Shown piece after piece: positions 48,695-49,403 of a DNA stretch of 49,403 nucleotides; within the stretch, counting starts at the first letter, position 1; each line of letters begins with the position of its first letter. The stretch is from contig DFFF01000035.1 in NCBI GenBank assembly GCA_002369235.1, positions 3,284 through 52,686 of the forward strand, read 5' to 3'. Source of the DNA: Verrucomicrobia bacterium UBA3783. GTDB lineage: Bacteria; Verrucomicrobiota; Kiritimatiellia; RFP12; UBA1067. The notes under the pieces are model-generated. The model made no database searches. It saw only the letters and a program-made list of their open reading frames with translations, and had not been told where the DNA came from. The translations under genes and the position numbers were made by a program.

Positions 48695-48728
48695 TTTTCT
48701 CCTCCGCTCTTCACCATATGTTCATCGT

Positions 48729-48757
48729 ATTATACCAAAATTCGGCGGGAAATACAA
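48729..48757 (-). promoter_or_regulatory. sigma70-like promoter for rsmA (TTGTAT-17-TATAAT, extended -10 TGG)
   Basis: Minus strand reads TTGTATTTCCCGCCGAATTTTGGTATAAT. The -10 is 34 nt upstream of the rsmA ATG. Confidence 0.55.
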
Positions 48758-48775
48758 GAGAATTGGGCGCATGGC

Positions 48776-48806
48776 AAAAACAAAGAACGGCCCCGGAGGA
48801 CCGTTC
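48776..48806 (-). terminator. rho-independent terminator after gap
   Basis: Minus strand reads GAACGGTCCTCCGGGGCCGTTC followed by TTTGTTTTT, 29 nt after the gap stop codon. Confidence 0.65.
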
Positions 48807-48834
48807 ATTGTTATTGCGTTTTATCGCAGACCGG

Positions 48835-49403
<569 letters not shown>

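Overview
High-G+C bacterial chromosome segment. The gene content suggests a PVC-superphylum organism (Kiritimatiellota/Lentisphaerota-like), based on many prepilin-type pseudopilins, a PEP-CTERM protein, LL-DAP aminotransferase, a GH95 enzyme and a eukaryote-type hexokinase. That assignment is inference only. I support 47 protein genes and one tRNA-Ser(UGA), all on the minus strand. The long plus-strand ORFs in the track are antisense shadows. Genes sit in gap-free arrays in which stop and start codons often overlap (ATGA/TGATG). Each array is headed by a near-consensus sigma70-type promoter of the form TTGnnn-17/18-(TG)nTATAAT. The content is mostly housekeeping: eno, folD, dapL, ispG, rseP, dxr, recA, pheS, tadA, def, dut, galK, alaS, ribE, ribD, nusB, holB, tmk, rsmA and gap. 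A gspG-H-I-J-K pseudopilin cassette sits between dapL and folD. I found no defence system, CRISPR array, transposase or integrase. The features that annotation does not explain are these. (1) Two homologous arrays of 22-bp tandem repeats lie just upstream of the pheS and tmk promoters. (2) Heptanucleotide G-tract arrays (G3N4) lie on the coding strand inside pheS and holB, with 18/19 nt identity between the two genes, and a third lies at a gene junction. (3) Two pairs of unrelated genes share near-identical 31-32 nt promoter cassettes. (4) A low-G+C two-gene glycosylation island carries a GtrB-like GT2 and a large polytopic membrane protein. (5) A low-G+C operon encodes three secreted proteins, one with a PEP-CTERM signal, followed by a TPR-tailed polytopic membrane protein. 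(6) A conserved-looking EF-hand membrane protein, a compact AlaRS and pheS without pheT. All functional readings of these elements are hypotheses that need genome-wide searches or experiments.
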